From assembly GCA_042852035.1 (NCBI GenBank), contig BAAFHK010000001.1, forward strand, positions 330,001 through 362,000: DNA of 32,000 nt, read 5' to 3'. This document shows, piece after piece, positions 1 to 11,162 of the stretch (positions are counted from its first letter, which is position 1; each line of letters starts with the position of its first letter). This stretch comes from Candidatus Saccharimonadota bacterium (GTDB lineage: Bacteria > Patescibacteriota > Gracilibacteria > BD1-5 > UBA2023). The notes under the pieces are model-generated. The model was not told the DNA's origin and made no database searches. It saw nothing but the letters and a program-made list of their open reading frames with translations. The position numbers were made by a program, and so were the translations under genes.

Positions 1-84
1 TTTCGAATGTTGCAATGGATGAAGGAAAAAAACTTGCAAAACTCTAGAAAATATACATCTTACTACTGTACTTTTTTATAAAAT

Positions 85-960
85 ATGACAACTTTAGCTA
101 TTACTTGTTGATACTTTAACCCAATTCATCCGGGTCATATCGAGTGTTTTGAGCTTTCAAAAACAGAAGCTGGTGGAGATGAGTTATGGGTGATCGTTAA
201 TAACGATCTGCAAGCAGAACTCAAGCGTTGAGTTAAAAGTTTTCAAGATGAAAAACTTCGCATGCAAGTGGTGAGTTCTATAAAATGAGTTGATCGAGTT
301 ATTCTTTCTATTGATCAAGATGGTAGCGTGTGTAAATCTCTTGAGATGGCTATAAAGGAGGCAAAAGATAGTTGAAAATATGAGAAAATTATTTTTACGA
401 AGGGCTGAGATCGTTTTGCTTCAAATATTCCAGAGGCAGAACTTTTGCGTCGCGAAGGGGTTCCTGTTATGGATTGACTCGGAGCAAAAACACATAACTC
501 TAGTGATTTTTTGAAAAAGGTTCAGAGTAAAGAAGATGAAAATGATTTAGAGAAAAAAATTAGTGAACTTCCAAAAAATATTACAGAATGAAGGTATCTT
601 GAGGTGGGAAATCGCCCTTGGGGAGTATACTATGTTCTCGAAGATCTTCCTCTCTATAAGGTTAAAAAAATTATTGTTAACCCATGACAGAGACTCTCCC
701 TTCAGTCACATGAAAAAAGAAGTGAGCACTGGACGGTTGTTTCTGGTATTGCTACGGTCGATATACGACATTCAGATTTTAAAGAGATTGAGCAGATTAA
801 AGTTCTTCGCCCAAACGAGGGGTGTCATATTCCTGTAGGTTTTCTTCATCGACTCTCAAACATTCATAGTGATCCACTTGTTGTTATTGAGGTGCAATGT
901 GGCGAATATACTTGAGAGGATGATATTATTCGATACGAAGATGATTTTTGAAGAAAATAG
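85..960 (+). CDS. Fusion protein: HxGH nucleotidyl(cytidylyl/adenylyl)transferase-like domain + type-II phosphomannose-isomerase-type cupin domain
   Basis: Table-25 ORF from ATG 85 to TAG 958-960, with 10 in-frame TGA. N-terminus MTTLAITC[G]YFNPIHPGHIE carries the HxGH signature. C-terminus NRPWGVYYVL..LSLQSHEKRSEHWTVVSG..IPVGFLHRLSN..IEVQCGEYTGEDDIIRYEDDFGR follows the ManC C-terminal cupin pattern. Confidence 0.75.
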
Positions 961-977
961 ATTTTCCTTGGAACCAT

Positions 978-1008
978 AAAAAGAGGGAATAACCCTTTTT
1001 TTATTTGA
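978..1008 (+). terminator. Possible intrinsic terminator after the fusion gene
   Basis: Hairpin in which 978-987 pairs with 993-1002 (GGG-aataa-CCC core flanked by an A-tract and a T-tract), directly after the stop. The U-tract is partly inside the stem, so confidence is modest. Confidence 0.4.
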
Positions 1009-1058
1009 TTTTCCTTCTCTTATATCTATAATCCGCGCGTTCTTTATACGTTTTTTTT

Positions 1059-2456
<1,398 letters not shown>

Positions 2457-2464
2457 TATCATCC

Positions 2465-2926
2465 ATGATGCTCCAAATTACCTCTGCCTCAGGCAACATT
2501 CTCGAATCTGACAACTTCACACGTATTACTCTCATGACTGAGAGTGGTGAGATTACTGTGCTTCCAAATCATGAACCACTTCTTTCTGCAATTCGTCCTT
2601 GAATCATGACAGTAGAATATAATCATGATACTCATCATGTAAAGAAAGATTTTGTTTCAGGAGGATGAGTTCTCAATATTTCTCCAGAATCAGTAACAAT
2701 TGTGGCTGATGTTATAGAAAATTGAGATCATTTGACCGATTTGGAATATATTGCAGCCCAAAAAAAGGAAGCAGAAGAGTTGATGAGAATTTATAAAGAA
2801 GAAAACGGTGATAAAGTAGACCAAAAGCACCTTATAGAGCTTGAGTATGAGCTTCTTAAGTACACTGCAATGCATAGACTTGGACAAAGACAACAGCATG
2901 AAAATACGACAGGATCAAGACGATAG
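2465..2926 (+). CDS. atpC: F0F1 ATP synthase subunit epsilon
   Basis: ATG 2465 lies 9 nt after atpD; TAG at 2924-2926; 3 in-frame TGA. LQITSASGNILESD..ESGEITVLPNHEPLLSAIRPG plus a helical C-terminus are typical of epsilon, as are the position and the size (153 aa). Confidence 0.88.
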
Positions 2927-2944
2927 AATCTTCATATAGAAGGG

Positions 2945-2989
2945 AAGAGTCGAGACAAATTCAAAAATGTTTTGACTCTTTTTATTTTC
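2945..2989 (+). terminator. Intrinsic terminator of atpDC
   Basis: AAGAGTC(gagaca) at 2945-2957 pairs with (tgtttt)GACTCTT at 2968-2980, allowing G-U pairs. A 10-nt loop is followed by TTTATTTTCT. Confidence 0.55.
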
Positions 2990-3001
2990 TAGATATCTTT
3001 A

Positions 3002-3020
3002 AAGTGTATATAAAACACTT
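3002..3020. promoter_or_regulatory. Candidate NrtR operator (pncA upstream, distal)
   Basis: AAGTGT-ATATAAA-ACACTT is a perfect 6+7+6 palindrome with a GT-N7-AC core. It belongs to a motif family found only upstream of the NAD genes in this window. Confidence 0.6.
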
Positions 3021-3063
3021 AATAGTAACTGAGCATTAAAGGCTATTAAAAGTAACTTATTAT

Positions 3064-3082
3064 AAGTGTAATAAATACACCT
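3064..3082. promoter_or_regulatory. Candidate NrtR operator (pncA upstream, proximal)
   Basis: AAGTGT-AATAAAT-ACACCT has one arm mismatch and ends 23 nt before the pncA ATG. Confidence 0.5.
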
Positions 3083-3104
3083 TTATTTTTAATATTACTT
3101 TACT

Positions 3105-3713
3105 ATGAATAGAGAAGCCCTTGTTATCGTTGATTTCCATAAGGCATTTGGAAAATTATGATGACTTCCTGTAGCTTGAGCTGAAGAAATTGCTCCAGCA
3201 ATACAAAATCAAATGAATTTAACTCGAACTGCTTCATGACTTATTGTGGCTACACGTGATTGGCATCCGAAAAACACCGTCCATTTTAAAAATAATGGTG
3301 GTCCATGGCCAATCCATGGTGAGGCTTGAAGTCAGGAGTCTGAGTATATCGATGGAATAGATACTCGTATGATTGATCATCATATTTATAAGGGCTATAA
3401 AGACAGCGATGATGGGTATTCTTGATTTGAAGGGGTAGATAAACTCATAGGAAATGCGGAAATGGGTTTTCAAATAGCCTCAGATGCAAGAAGTCTTGAA
3501 CAAATACTTCGTGAGTCAAGCGTACGAGTTCTGAAAATTGTTTGACTTGCTACGGACTTCTGTGTTTTTTCTACAGCTAAAGACGGGAAGGAACTTTGAT
3601 TTGATGTGGAGGTTATACGTTCGGGTATAGCTGCTGTAAATGTTCCAGGCCTTCCAAGTGGTGAAGAAAAATTACGTCAGCTCGCTGATGTGTGAGTAAA
3701 AATTGTTTCTTAA
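3105..3713 (+). CDS. pncA: Nicotinamidase (isochorismatase family)
   Basis: Table-25 ORF of 202 aa with 9 in-frame TGA. It carries ALVIVDFHKAF (catalytic Asp), TRDWHPKNTVHF..WPIHG (metal site) and GLATDFCV (catalytic Cys). TAA stop at 3711-3713. Confidence 0.85.
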
Positions 3714-3716
3714 ATT

Positions 3717-3735
3717 AAGTGTATATAATACATTA
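3717..3735. promoter_or_regulatory. Weaker candidate NrtR operator (pncB upstream)
   Basis: AAGTGT-ATATAAT-ACATTA has two mismatches in the right arm. It abuts a perfect TATAAT at 3734-3739, which lies 8 nt before the pncB ATG. Confidence 0.4.
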
Positions 3736-3747
3736 TAATATATAACT

Positions 3748-5103
3748 ATGAACACACAGTATCCATATACATTCTCAAACTCATTTGCTCATGCACGTGA
3801 TGAGGCAGAAGTTGATAATCTTCTCAATACTGATATTTATAAATTTCTGATGCTTGACTTCATCCTTTCGAAGGAGGAGTATCGAAACATGCGAGTAAGA
3901 TGGAAAATGACCATCCGAAATAAGGATGTTCGTATTGCAGACATCATTCCAGAAACAGCACTCCGAAGTCAGTTCGATGCTACGAAAAACATCCGTGGCG
4001 TAAGTCAGGCAGGACTCTCGTATCTTCGTGGAATGCAGGTAGGGAATCGACCAATGCTCAGAAATGAAACTCTTGGATATCTTTCGGATTTTTCTCTCCC
4101 CGAATATTCTCTCGAAAATGACGGACATGGATGATATACGCTTGAGTTCGAAGGTGCTTGGCCTGACTCTACCCTCTGGGAAATCTACGCTCTCAAGATC
4201 GTCAACAGTCTCTACCTCTACTATTACGCGAAGAAGGCAAAACTCTCTCCGTCAGAGTGGAATGGGGTCATGACGAGAATGTACGGTCGTCTCTATGATA
4301 ATGTGGCAAGTGTAAGGTCAGATCCTCGTATTACCTTCTCAGAATTTGGTACCAGACGTGCGGCAAGTACGGACATTCATAGGCAGGTAAATGCTATCCT
4401 CTCGAGTGATCTTCCAGGTCAATATCTTGGAACATCGAACGTAATGATTTCTATGGAGATGGGAAATGCGAATCCAAAATGAACCAATGCTCATGAACTT
4501 CGTATGATACCAACAGCATTCGAGGATGAATGATGAGCAATTGTCGACAAAATGTATGCCATCGATCGAGAATGGCAGGCACACTTTCCAGAGCTTGGAA
4601 TCCTTCTTCCGGACACGTACGGTTCTTCTTTTTATTTTGCTAATTGCCCCGAGGATATCGCGATGAATCATACAGGATGTCGTGTAGATTCAAAGGATCC
4701 TCTCTTGGCTCTTCCAGAATATCAAGAATTCCTCAGAAAATGGGATATTGATCCAAAAACAAAACTTGCACTTCCGAGTGATGGGCTTACCTATGATGTA
4801 ATCAAAGGAGTCACTGATCGATTCCATGGCATCTTCTGAGTTCTTACGAATGGATGGGGAACTGAACTTTCAAATAATACTAAAGGAACGCTTCCAAAAG
4901 AAAAGGAAAAATTTGGACCATTTGGTTCTATGTCAATCGTTGTGAAGCCTGATGCGGTTTGGCGACCGGACAAGAATGCATGGGTTTCTTGCGTCAAGCT
5001 TTCTGATAATCCAAATAAGGCTATGGGAAGCAAAGAAAGAGTGAAGCTTTTTAAAGAAACATTTTGAGTTGAAGGTATGGAAAGTCAAGAAGTTCGCGTC
5101 TAA
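3748..5103 (+). CDS. pncB: Nicotinate phosphoribosyltransferase
   Basis: 451-aa table-25 ORF that joins the track fragments 3748.., 4270.. and 4552.. through in-frame TGA. It has the NTDIYKFLM (DxYK) N-terminal motif, FGTRRA and GTSN..ANPKGTNAHE. TAA stop at 5101-5103. Confidence 0.9.
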
Positions 5104-5169
5104 AGAAGTCTCTGAATTTGAAATATATTCGATACTGTGATAGACTACCCCTAAATAAAACAAATATAA

Positions 5170-6015
5170 ATGAGTCAATACCACCCAGGAACATTCAATG
5201 AGTGAGCCTGATCTCTTGCGGATACAATTTCAAGATCAGTAAATTCTAATAGATCACTCAACTCAGTAACAAATGCACTACGAAAAATTTATGATCCAAG
5301 ATTTCGAGTTGATGAGTTTGTAAGATATACTTGAGTTGATTCTTTTGTGATTCAAAAGATACAGAATTGGTATCTTATGCAAAGATTGAAATATTCGTAT
5401 GGAAAGCTTCATGATGCAGAAAGCTCACGACTTGTAAATTATTCTCCTGAGGAAGTGTCTCATAGAAATTCCATGAGAACTTGGAGGCTCAATGAAAGAC
5501 ATCAAAAACTCGTTGATGAATTTCAAAGGGACAGTCATTACTGACTAAAAAACTTCGTAGAAATACTGGCAAGATCAATTGTGGAGGAGAAAATCAGATC
5601 CACATGAGTTTACAGAGACGTAAAAGTATATCTTGCAAGTGATGCGGACGATATAGTATCCTGAGTTGATCTTATCGTCGATTGTATTGATCAACGATGA
5701 AACCGTCATCTTATTGGTGTTGATGTGGCAGTTTCTGAGAATTCGCAATATTTGGATGGTAAAAGTGAGTATGAGTCATGTTCGCCCACCGAGTTTCTGT
5801 TCCGAAATCGTTTAGGTCCACGTACCTCCATTCACCGTATCGTATTTGCTCTGAGTCCAAGTGAGGTTGCTCATATGATAGACTTTACTGTTGATTCACT
5901 TATGCAATGAAACCCAGTAACTGCAAAAACTCTTACAGATAAATATTCTACAAAAGATATGCCAGAAGTTTTATACTGAGTTCAGAACTTAATACAAAGA
6001 CTCCTTAAAAATTAA
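5170..6015 (+). CDS. Hypothetical protein (281 aa), same strand and directly downstream of pncB
   Basis: Uninterrupted table-25 frame from ATG 5170 to TAA 6013-6015, joining track ORFs 5347.. and 5725... No family recognised. Confidence 0.55.
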
Positions 6016-6018
6016 TTT

Positions 6019-6204
6019 ATGGAAAATAAATCAACATCTCTACATCAAACTCCTATTGCGCAGAGTATTGCTGATGCATTTAAAAGAAGAAATCAAATGC
6101 GAGTTAATGAGCAGGGTTTAGTTTCTCAGCCGAATAGCGACTCTCTTGCGGTGGTGGCTCATATTGAGCGAGTTTTATCCAATCATGGTTCTACAATTCA
6201 CTAG
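6019..6204 (+). CDS. Small hypothetical protein (61 aa)
   Basis: ATG lies 4 nt after the previous stop, with a true TAG stop. There is no TGA and no recognisable motif. It overlaps the 3' end of the convergent regulator gene by 14 nt. Confidence 0.3.
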   Translation: MENKSTSLHQTPIAQSIADAFKRRNQMRVNEQGLVSQPNSDSLAVVAHIERVLSNHGSTIH

Positions 6205-6943
6205 ATTTGAGGAGTTGTTGTAACAGTTTAAATTGTTTCTCGAGAAAACGAGCGATCATTGGATTCTCTATTATGATAGAGTTTTCCTCACCGAAATCAA
6301 TAAAAGCAACTTTATTTCCGTAAATAGTCATCGTCACATCTTCTTCAAAGGTATCATATTTTTTCGGAATAAGAATGATATCCCTTTCAAGTCTTTTTAG
6401 CTTTGTTAGAGCGGCTTTACTTGAGCTAATAACTACTCGTTCCAGTCGTTTCTTATCTCGTCTTTCCCGGTAATCCTTTGGGAGAAAGCTATTTGATATA
6501 TTCACATCATTTTCTGCGCTTACGCGGTAAAATGTAGCACCAGCAGGAAGGGAATTCACAATATCATCAAATACTCGAGTGACCGCAGGGCGTCATTCCT
6601 CGTAGCTTACGGAGAGATTCTTTCCAAGTTTTTTATAGCTCTTTTGGAGCTCATCGAGAAGTGGTGCATTTCGTTTCTCAAAGTCTCGGATAAGTTCTTC
6701 GATGCGATCGGGGGAAAGAGGACGATAAAAGGTTCGTTTTCCACGAGTGATAGTTGTGATAAGTTTTTCTTCTTCAAGGACCGGAATTCCTCGATAGATT
6801 TCGACTCGGTGGAGCCCGGTTCGTCTCGAAATATCTATAATAGCGGATGTTCCATGTTCGAGGAGATCGAGGTAGATGCGAGCTGTCTTCTCATTTATTC
6901 CAAGCTTCGTAAAGAGCGAGAGAAATTTTTCCATATGAAACAA
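6191..6943 (-). CDS. TrmB-like winged-helix transcriptional regulator
   Basis: Track ORFs 6593..6943 and 6191..6559 are in one frame, joined by TGA at 6590-6592. The N-terminus LGINEKTARIYLDLLEHGTSAIIDISRRTGLHRVEIYRGIPVLEEEKLI is a TrmB-type wHTH. TAG stop at 6191-6193. Confidence 0.7.
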
Positions 6944-7012
6944 ATAATTACAAATAAATTATAATGAGTTTTATTTATATTTAAAGCTTAAAATAATATT
7001 TTAGAATAAAAA

Positions 7013-7028
7013 ATTTCAAATTTGAAAT
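7013..7028. promoter_or_regulatory. 16-bp perfect palindrome, candidate operator
   Basis: ATTTCAAATTTGAAAT ends 5 nt before ATG 7033 and sits in the 89-bp divergent intergenic region shared with the TrmB-like gene. Confidence 0.3.
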
Positions 7029-7032
7029 AAAA

Positions 7033-8085
7033 ATGAGCAGAAAATTCAGGAACCAGTACAGTGCGGAAGCTTTATCACTTACTTTCTCTTCTATGAATTC
7101 CTCTCTCTCCGCTTCGCTTGCTTCGTATCGATCTCTCGAAATCGATGCTCATGTCTCGCTCGATGATGTCCTCTCAAAAATTACCCAGGAAATGGGCGAG
7201 CTTATGGAGGCACTCGAGAATAATGATACTTCTGAGATACAAAAAGAAGCAAAAGATCTCCTCGTGAATCTCCTTTCTGCCTCATCTCGCCTTGGTATCG
7301 GGCTCTTCCCAGATCTCACACTGAGTCGTATCGAGCCACGTGAAATCCCACAAAAAATTGCCATCTTCCATCGGATGGTAGCAGCTATCCGTTCTCGCTA
7401 CTCACGCGAACTTCATCCACCTATTTCCGAAATTCGAAACCTTTTTGATCCCCTCATCGCGACCCTCCTCGATCTCTCAGGAAGTGACTCCCATGAAAGT
7501 GTCGTCACCGAATCCATCCAAAAACTCAGGTCCCGCATCAGTGAATATGTGCCACTCGTGGAACTCAAAGATGCCATCGATGAATATCCTGACTTCCCAA
7601 AACCTGGAATCCTCTTTAAAGATATTTCTCCCATCCTCCGCGATGAATTCCTTATGCGGTATGCGAGTTACGAGATGGCGAAACACGCAAAAGATGCCGA
7701 TGTCATCGCCTGACTTGACGCTCGAGGATTCATCTTCGGTGCTAGGGTAGCAGAAATCCTTGAAAAACCTTTCGTTATGGTACGCAAAAAAGGAAAGCTC
7801 CCAGGAAAAACGAGTGGAGTGGGCTACTCGCTCGAATATGGGGAAAACGCTATAGAAATACAAGATGGAGCTATCGAGCCTGGTCAAAAAGTTGCCATTA
7901 TCGACGATCTTCTCGCCACTGGTGGGACACTCGGTGCTGCTGCCTCACTCGTAGAAAAGGTTTGAGGAAAAGTTTCATCTCTTGTGTGCCTTATTTCTCT
8001 TGATGATCCATTCCTTATGAGTCTTGAGTCTAGAAAATTACTTTCTGAAAGCTATCCAGTAAAAAGCATCTTGCATTATAGCTAA
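7033..8085 (+). CDS. apt: MazG-like all-alpha NTP pyrophosphohydrolase domain fused to adenine phosphoribosyltransferase
   Basis: 350 aa with 2 in-frame TGA. The N-terminal half has EMGELMEAL..(10)..EAKDLL (ExxE..ExxD). The C-terminal half, PKPGILFKDISPIL..G[TGA]LDARGFIFG..VMVRKKGKLPG..YSLEYGENAIEI..VAIIDDLLATGGTL, is canonical Apt. TAA stop at 8083-8085. Confidence 0.85.
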
Positions 8086-8109
8086 TTGTATTTATTATTT
8101 ATTCAAGTT

Positions 8110-9024
8110 ATGAAAACTCTCCTCTCACATCCTCGATTTGACTCCGTTGTCGACTCTCTTGTCGAAAGACATCCGGATCTCTTAAAAAAATGATCGCTTA
8201 CGTATAAAAAATTTCCTGACGGCACTCCAGATCTCTTCATCGATCGAGTAAAGGAGGACATAGAACACCGTGATGTTACCTATATCTGAGATTTTTCGGA
8301 TATGGCTGAACTATTCCCACAGTATGCCCTCGTACGATGAATTATTGATTACTATGCAGACAAAGTTCGAGTCATTGTCCCATATTTTCCTGTTGGTACT
8401 ATGGAACGTATCTCGAGAAAGTGAGAAATTGCTACGGCGAGTTATTTTGCGGATATCCTCTCACATCTTCCGCCTGGACGAAAAGAAAAAACCTCCATTC
8501 ATACCTTCGATATTCATGCGTTGGTCGAACGATTTCTTTTTGATCCATTTAAAGTCAATGCAGAACTCCATACTACAACCTCACTTCTTGAGCTTCCGCC
8601 AGGTGCAGTAATAGCATTTCCAGACGATGGCGCAGCTAAGCGATTTAAGGAAAACTTCCCCGAAAATCATGATAAAGTTATCTGCCTGAAGGTGCGAGGA
8701 GAAGGAAATAAACGAACTATCACGATAAAAGAAGGAAATCCTGAAGGGAAAGATATCTATATCGTCGATGATCTCATCCAAACCTGAGGTACTCTCCTTG
8801 AGGCTGCGAATCTTCTGAGATCCAAATGAGCTAAAAGTGTTCATGCCTTTGCTCCACATGGAGTATTCCCACTTGATTCACATATGACTCTTGCACCAGC
8901 ACTCGATGGACTCATCGTCACTGATACACTTCCGGTGAATGTTGACCGTGCAAAATCTCTTGATTCGATGAGGGTTCTCTCGATTGCTCCGCTGGTTGAA
9001 AAAATCCTCCTGAGAGAATCATAG
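8110..9024 (+). CDS. prs: Ribose-phosphate pyrophosphokinase (PRPP synthase), divergent
   Basis: 304 aa with 7 in-frame TGA. It carries KKFPDGTPDLFI, VRVIVPYFPVGTMER (in place of the usual PY..YARQDR) and the PRPP loop DIYIVDDLIQT[G]GTL. TAG stop at 9022-9024. Confidence 0.78.
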
Positions 9025-9071
9025 GATGCAACTTATCATATTTTCGAAATGTTTTCTATTGCATAAATACT

Positions 9072-9104
9072 GAAATTCCTTAGTCTAGTAGGGAATTTCT
9101 TTCT
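9072..9104 (+). terminator. Possible terminator/attenuating hairpin after prs
   Basis: GAAATTCC (9072-9079) pairs with GGAATTTC (9092-9099) around a 12-nt loop, followed by TTTCT. It abuts the next ATG. Confidence 0.3.
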
Positions 9105-10088
9105 ATGTTTTGAGACCTTCACTTTCATTCCACCAGATCTGATGGTATCGTGACTCCCGAGTGACGTATTGAGCAGATGAAAGCTCTCGATCCTCGTAGA
9201 GAGTGACTCTGGGCACTTACCGATCACGACCGATTCTCCTCCGATTTCGTCATGCGAGCTCGAGAAGCTGGTTTCGATACCTTCTCTGGAGCAGAAATAT
9301 CTGCACGAAGTGAATCACTTGGAATATCTCTCCATGTGACATGCTATACTCCTGAACTTTCGTCTCATTTTTCTAGTCTTGTCGAGGGAATTGTTCTCGG
9401 TCGAAAGAAGAAAATCGCAGGTCAAATCGAACAGCTTGCAAAGAAGGGGTTTCAAATAAATATTAAAGATTTCTCTCTCTGGATTGCTCTCCAAGGAATG
9501 TCTCCAGATATGGCATCGAACTGGCATATCGCGAGTTATCTCTGGAGGGATGAATCATCATCGAAAGCATCTCTTGCTCTCGCTGAGTCGTTGACCAACG
9601 GTCGAGTCCATGATAAAGAGTCCTTTATGAAAGAATGCTTGCGTGCTACAGGTGAGTATCGTGAAGTTGGATATTTTGTCTCAGATCCCTATGAGCCAAG
9701 CCTCGGAAAGATTGCAAAAATGGCAGAAGGGGAGTGAGCCCTCCTCTCGATCGCACATCCGAATTTCTCATTCGGGAAGACACTCAAACGTCTCGGAGCC
9801 AGAGCTCGTGAAGACCGATACCCGATATTTCGAGATGTCATCGCCCCGAAGATAGCAGAGGAGTGAGTGAAGAATTTCGAGCTCAATGCACTCGCTTCAC
9901 CACCGTGGATCGGGGCACTCGAATCGGTTTCGCGAAGAACCCGTGGGATAGTTACTTATGGCAGCGATAATCATGGCCTCGAACTTCCTGATGATAAACA
10001 TGGCATTATCGGCCGACAGAACCCACTTCTCACAAGAGAGATGGTGGAGAAAGTGCGGGATAGAATGAGAGAGATGGTGGTGGGGTAA
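9105..10088 (+). CDS. PHP-domain metal-dependent phosphoesterase (TrpH/YciV-like)
   Basis: 327 aa. MF[G]DLHFHSTRSDG is the PHP N-terminal signature; AHP and GSDNHG motifs occur later. Track fragments 9252.. and 9867.. are in the same frame, joined by TGA. TAA stop at 10086-10088. Confidence 0.8.
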
Positions 10089-10132
10089 TATTTTAATTTT
10101 GACAATTTTAAATAAATATATATTCATTTCTA

Positions 10133-11011
10133 ATGAAAAACTGAAATTTTCCACCAAATGATTGAGTTCTTAGAGAAAATCTAGGGAGAATGAAAATTGG
10201 AAAACCTAATCCTGAAATTACTCAAGTTGCGTGAGAAGCTCCATTAATACATGTAACAACATTAGAACGAGCATTAGGCATTATAGATTCTTGAACTATA
10301 GATTCTTGCGCAAAATCTGAGCGAAAATGAAGACATTTCGATCGATTAGCAATAAATACTGATAAACTAGATAGAAAATATTGATTAGATAGATATGTCT
10401 TCACTACACTTTGAAGAAATGCATTACAAAATGGTTGAAGCGTATCTTTTGTGTTTCGACCGCAAAAATTACTTGAATGAAGATGAGTAGTTGCTTCTTT
10501 GAAGGAGGTTTGAGACTACTGAGCATTAGTTTCACAAGAAGCAGAGTTCATATATAGAGAGGTGACTTGAAATGACCCAGCAAAAATGAATAGAATTGCA
10601 ATGAATAGATTTTTAGAGTGATTAGTTCGTTGAGCAGACTTTAGAAGAGTTTTTGCATGGTTTTTGCAGCGAAATTTTACAAAGTATCTTGAATATTTAA
10701 CAACACTTACTTATCCAGGAGAAGAACTTGTTCACAATGACATCTGATCTACTAATGTATGGGGATGACCGCAGGTGATGATTCCAGAATCAATAAACCT
10801 TGATGAACTCGCTTACATTGTCACGAGAACAAGAGAAGAAAGCGAACTTATCCTGAGGATGGCTGAGAAGAAATGATTGAAAACCCCTACACATTCTCTG
10901 GAAGAAGAGCTTCACTTATCTATGTTTGATAGTACTCCATGAATTCAAACAAGCGGTCTTATTCAGGCTATGAATATCTTAGTTAAAGACTTATATTTTG
11001 GTGGCAAATAA
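10133..11011 (+). CDS. Hypothetical protein (292 aa; alternative start 10190)
   Basis: The frame is completely invisible in the standard-code track. Under table 25 there is no TAA/TAG from 10112 to 11008 (TAA at 11009-11011). The sequence looks protein-like (..APLIHVTTLERALGIIDSGTI..RYVFTTLGR..GGPQVMIPESINLDELAYIV..). No family assigned. Confidence 0.6.
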
Positions 11012-11051
11012 TTTTTTATTTTCTTTTGACTTCTTTTTAAAAAAGAATATA

Positions 11052-11070
11052 TAGTGTATATATAACACTT
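11052..11070. promoter_or_regulatory. Candidate NrtR operator (nadE upstream, distal)
   Basis: TAGTGT-ATATATA-ACACTT. The flanks (..GTGTATATA.AACACTTAATAG) are nearly identical to the distal pncA box. Confidence 0.6.
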
Positions 11071-11119
11071 AATAGAAAAATACGAGCCAACAGATGGCTC
11101 AATATATTTCCTCATTAAT

Positions 11120-11138
11120 AAGTGTTATAAATACAATT
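11120..11138. promoter_or_regulatory. Candidate NrtR operator (nadE upstream, proximal)
   Basis: AAGTGT-TATAAAT-ACAATT has one arm mismatch and ends 25 nt before the nadE ATG. This is the same two-box layout as at pncA. Confidence 0.5.
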
Positions 11139-11162
11139 ATTATTTCTTCACCATTTCAAATT

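Noticed and set aside
1-81. A possible 3' end of an upstream gene: frame 3 ends at TAG 45-47 (..SNVAMDEGKKLAKL), and frame 1 ends at TAA 79-81.
   Set aside because: There is too little sequence to choose a frame or a function.
10108-10515. Minus-strand table-25 ORF extending the track's 10222..10404 fragment.
   Set aside because: It overlaps the longer (879 nt) and more protein-like plus-strand frame 10133..11011, which is co-directional with the flanking genes.
11084-11100. A small hairpin GAGCCA-acaga-TGGCTC between the two nadE NrtR boxes, and an AGTAACT direct repeat between the two pncA boxes.
   Set aside because: The stem or repeat is only 6-7 bp, there is no U-tract, and the features are not shared between the two leaders. 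They are probably incidental.
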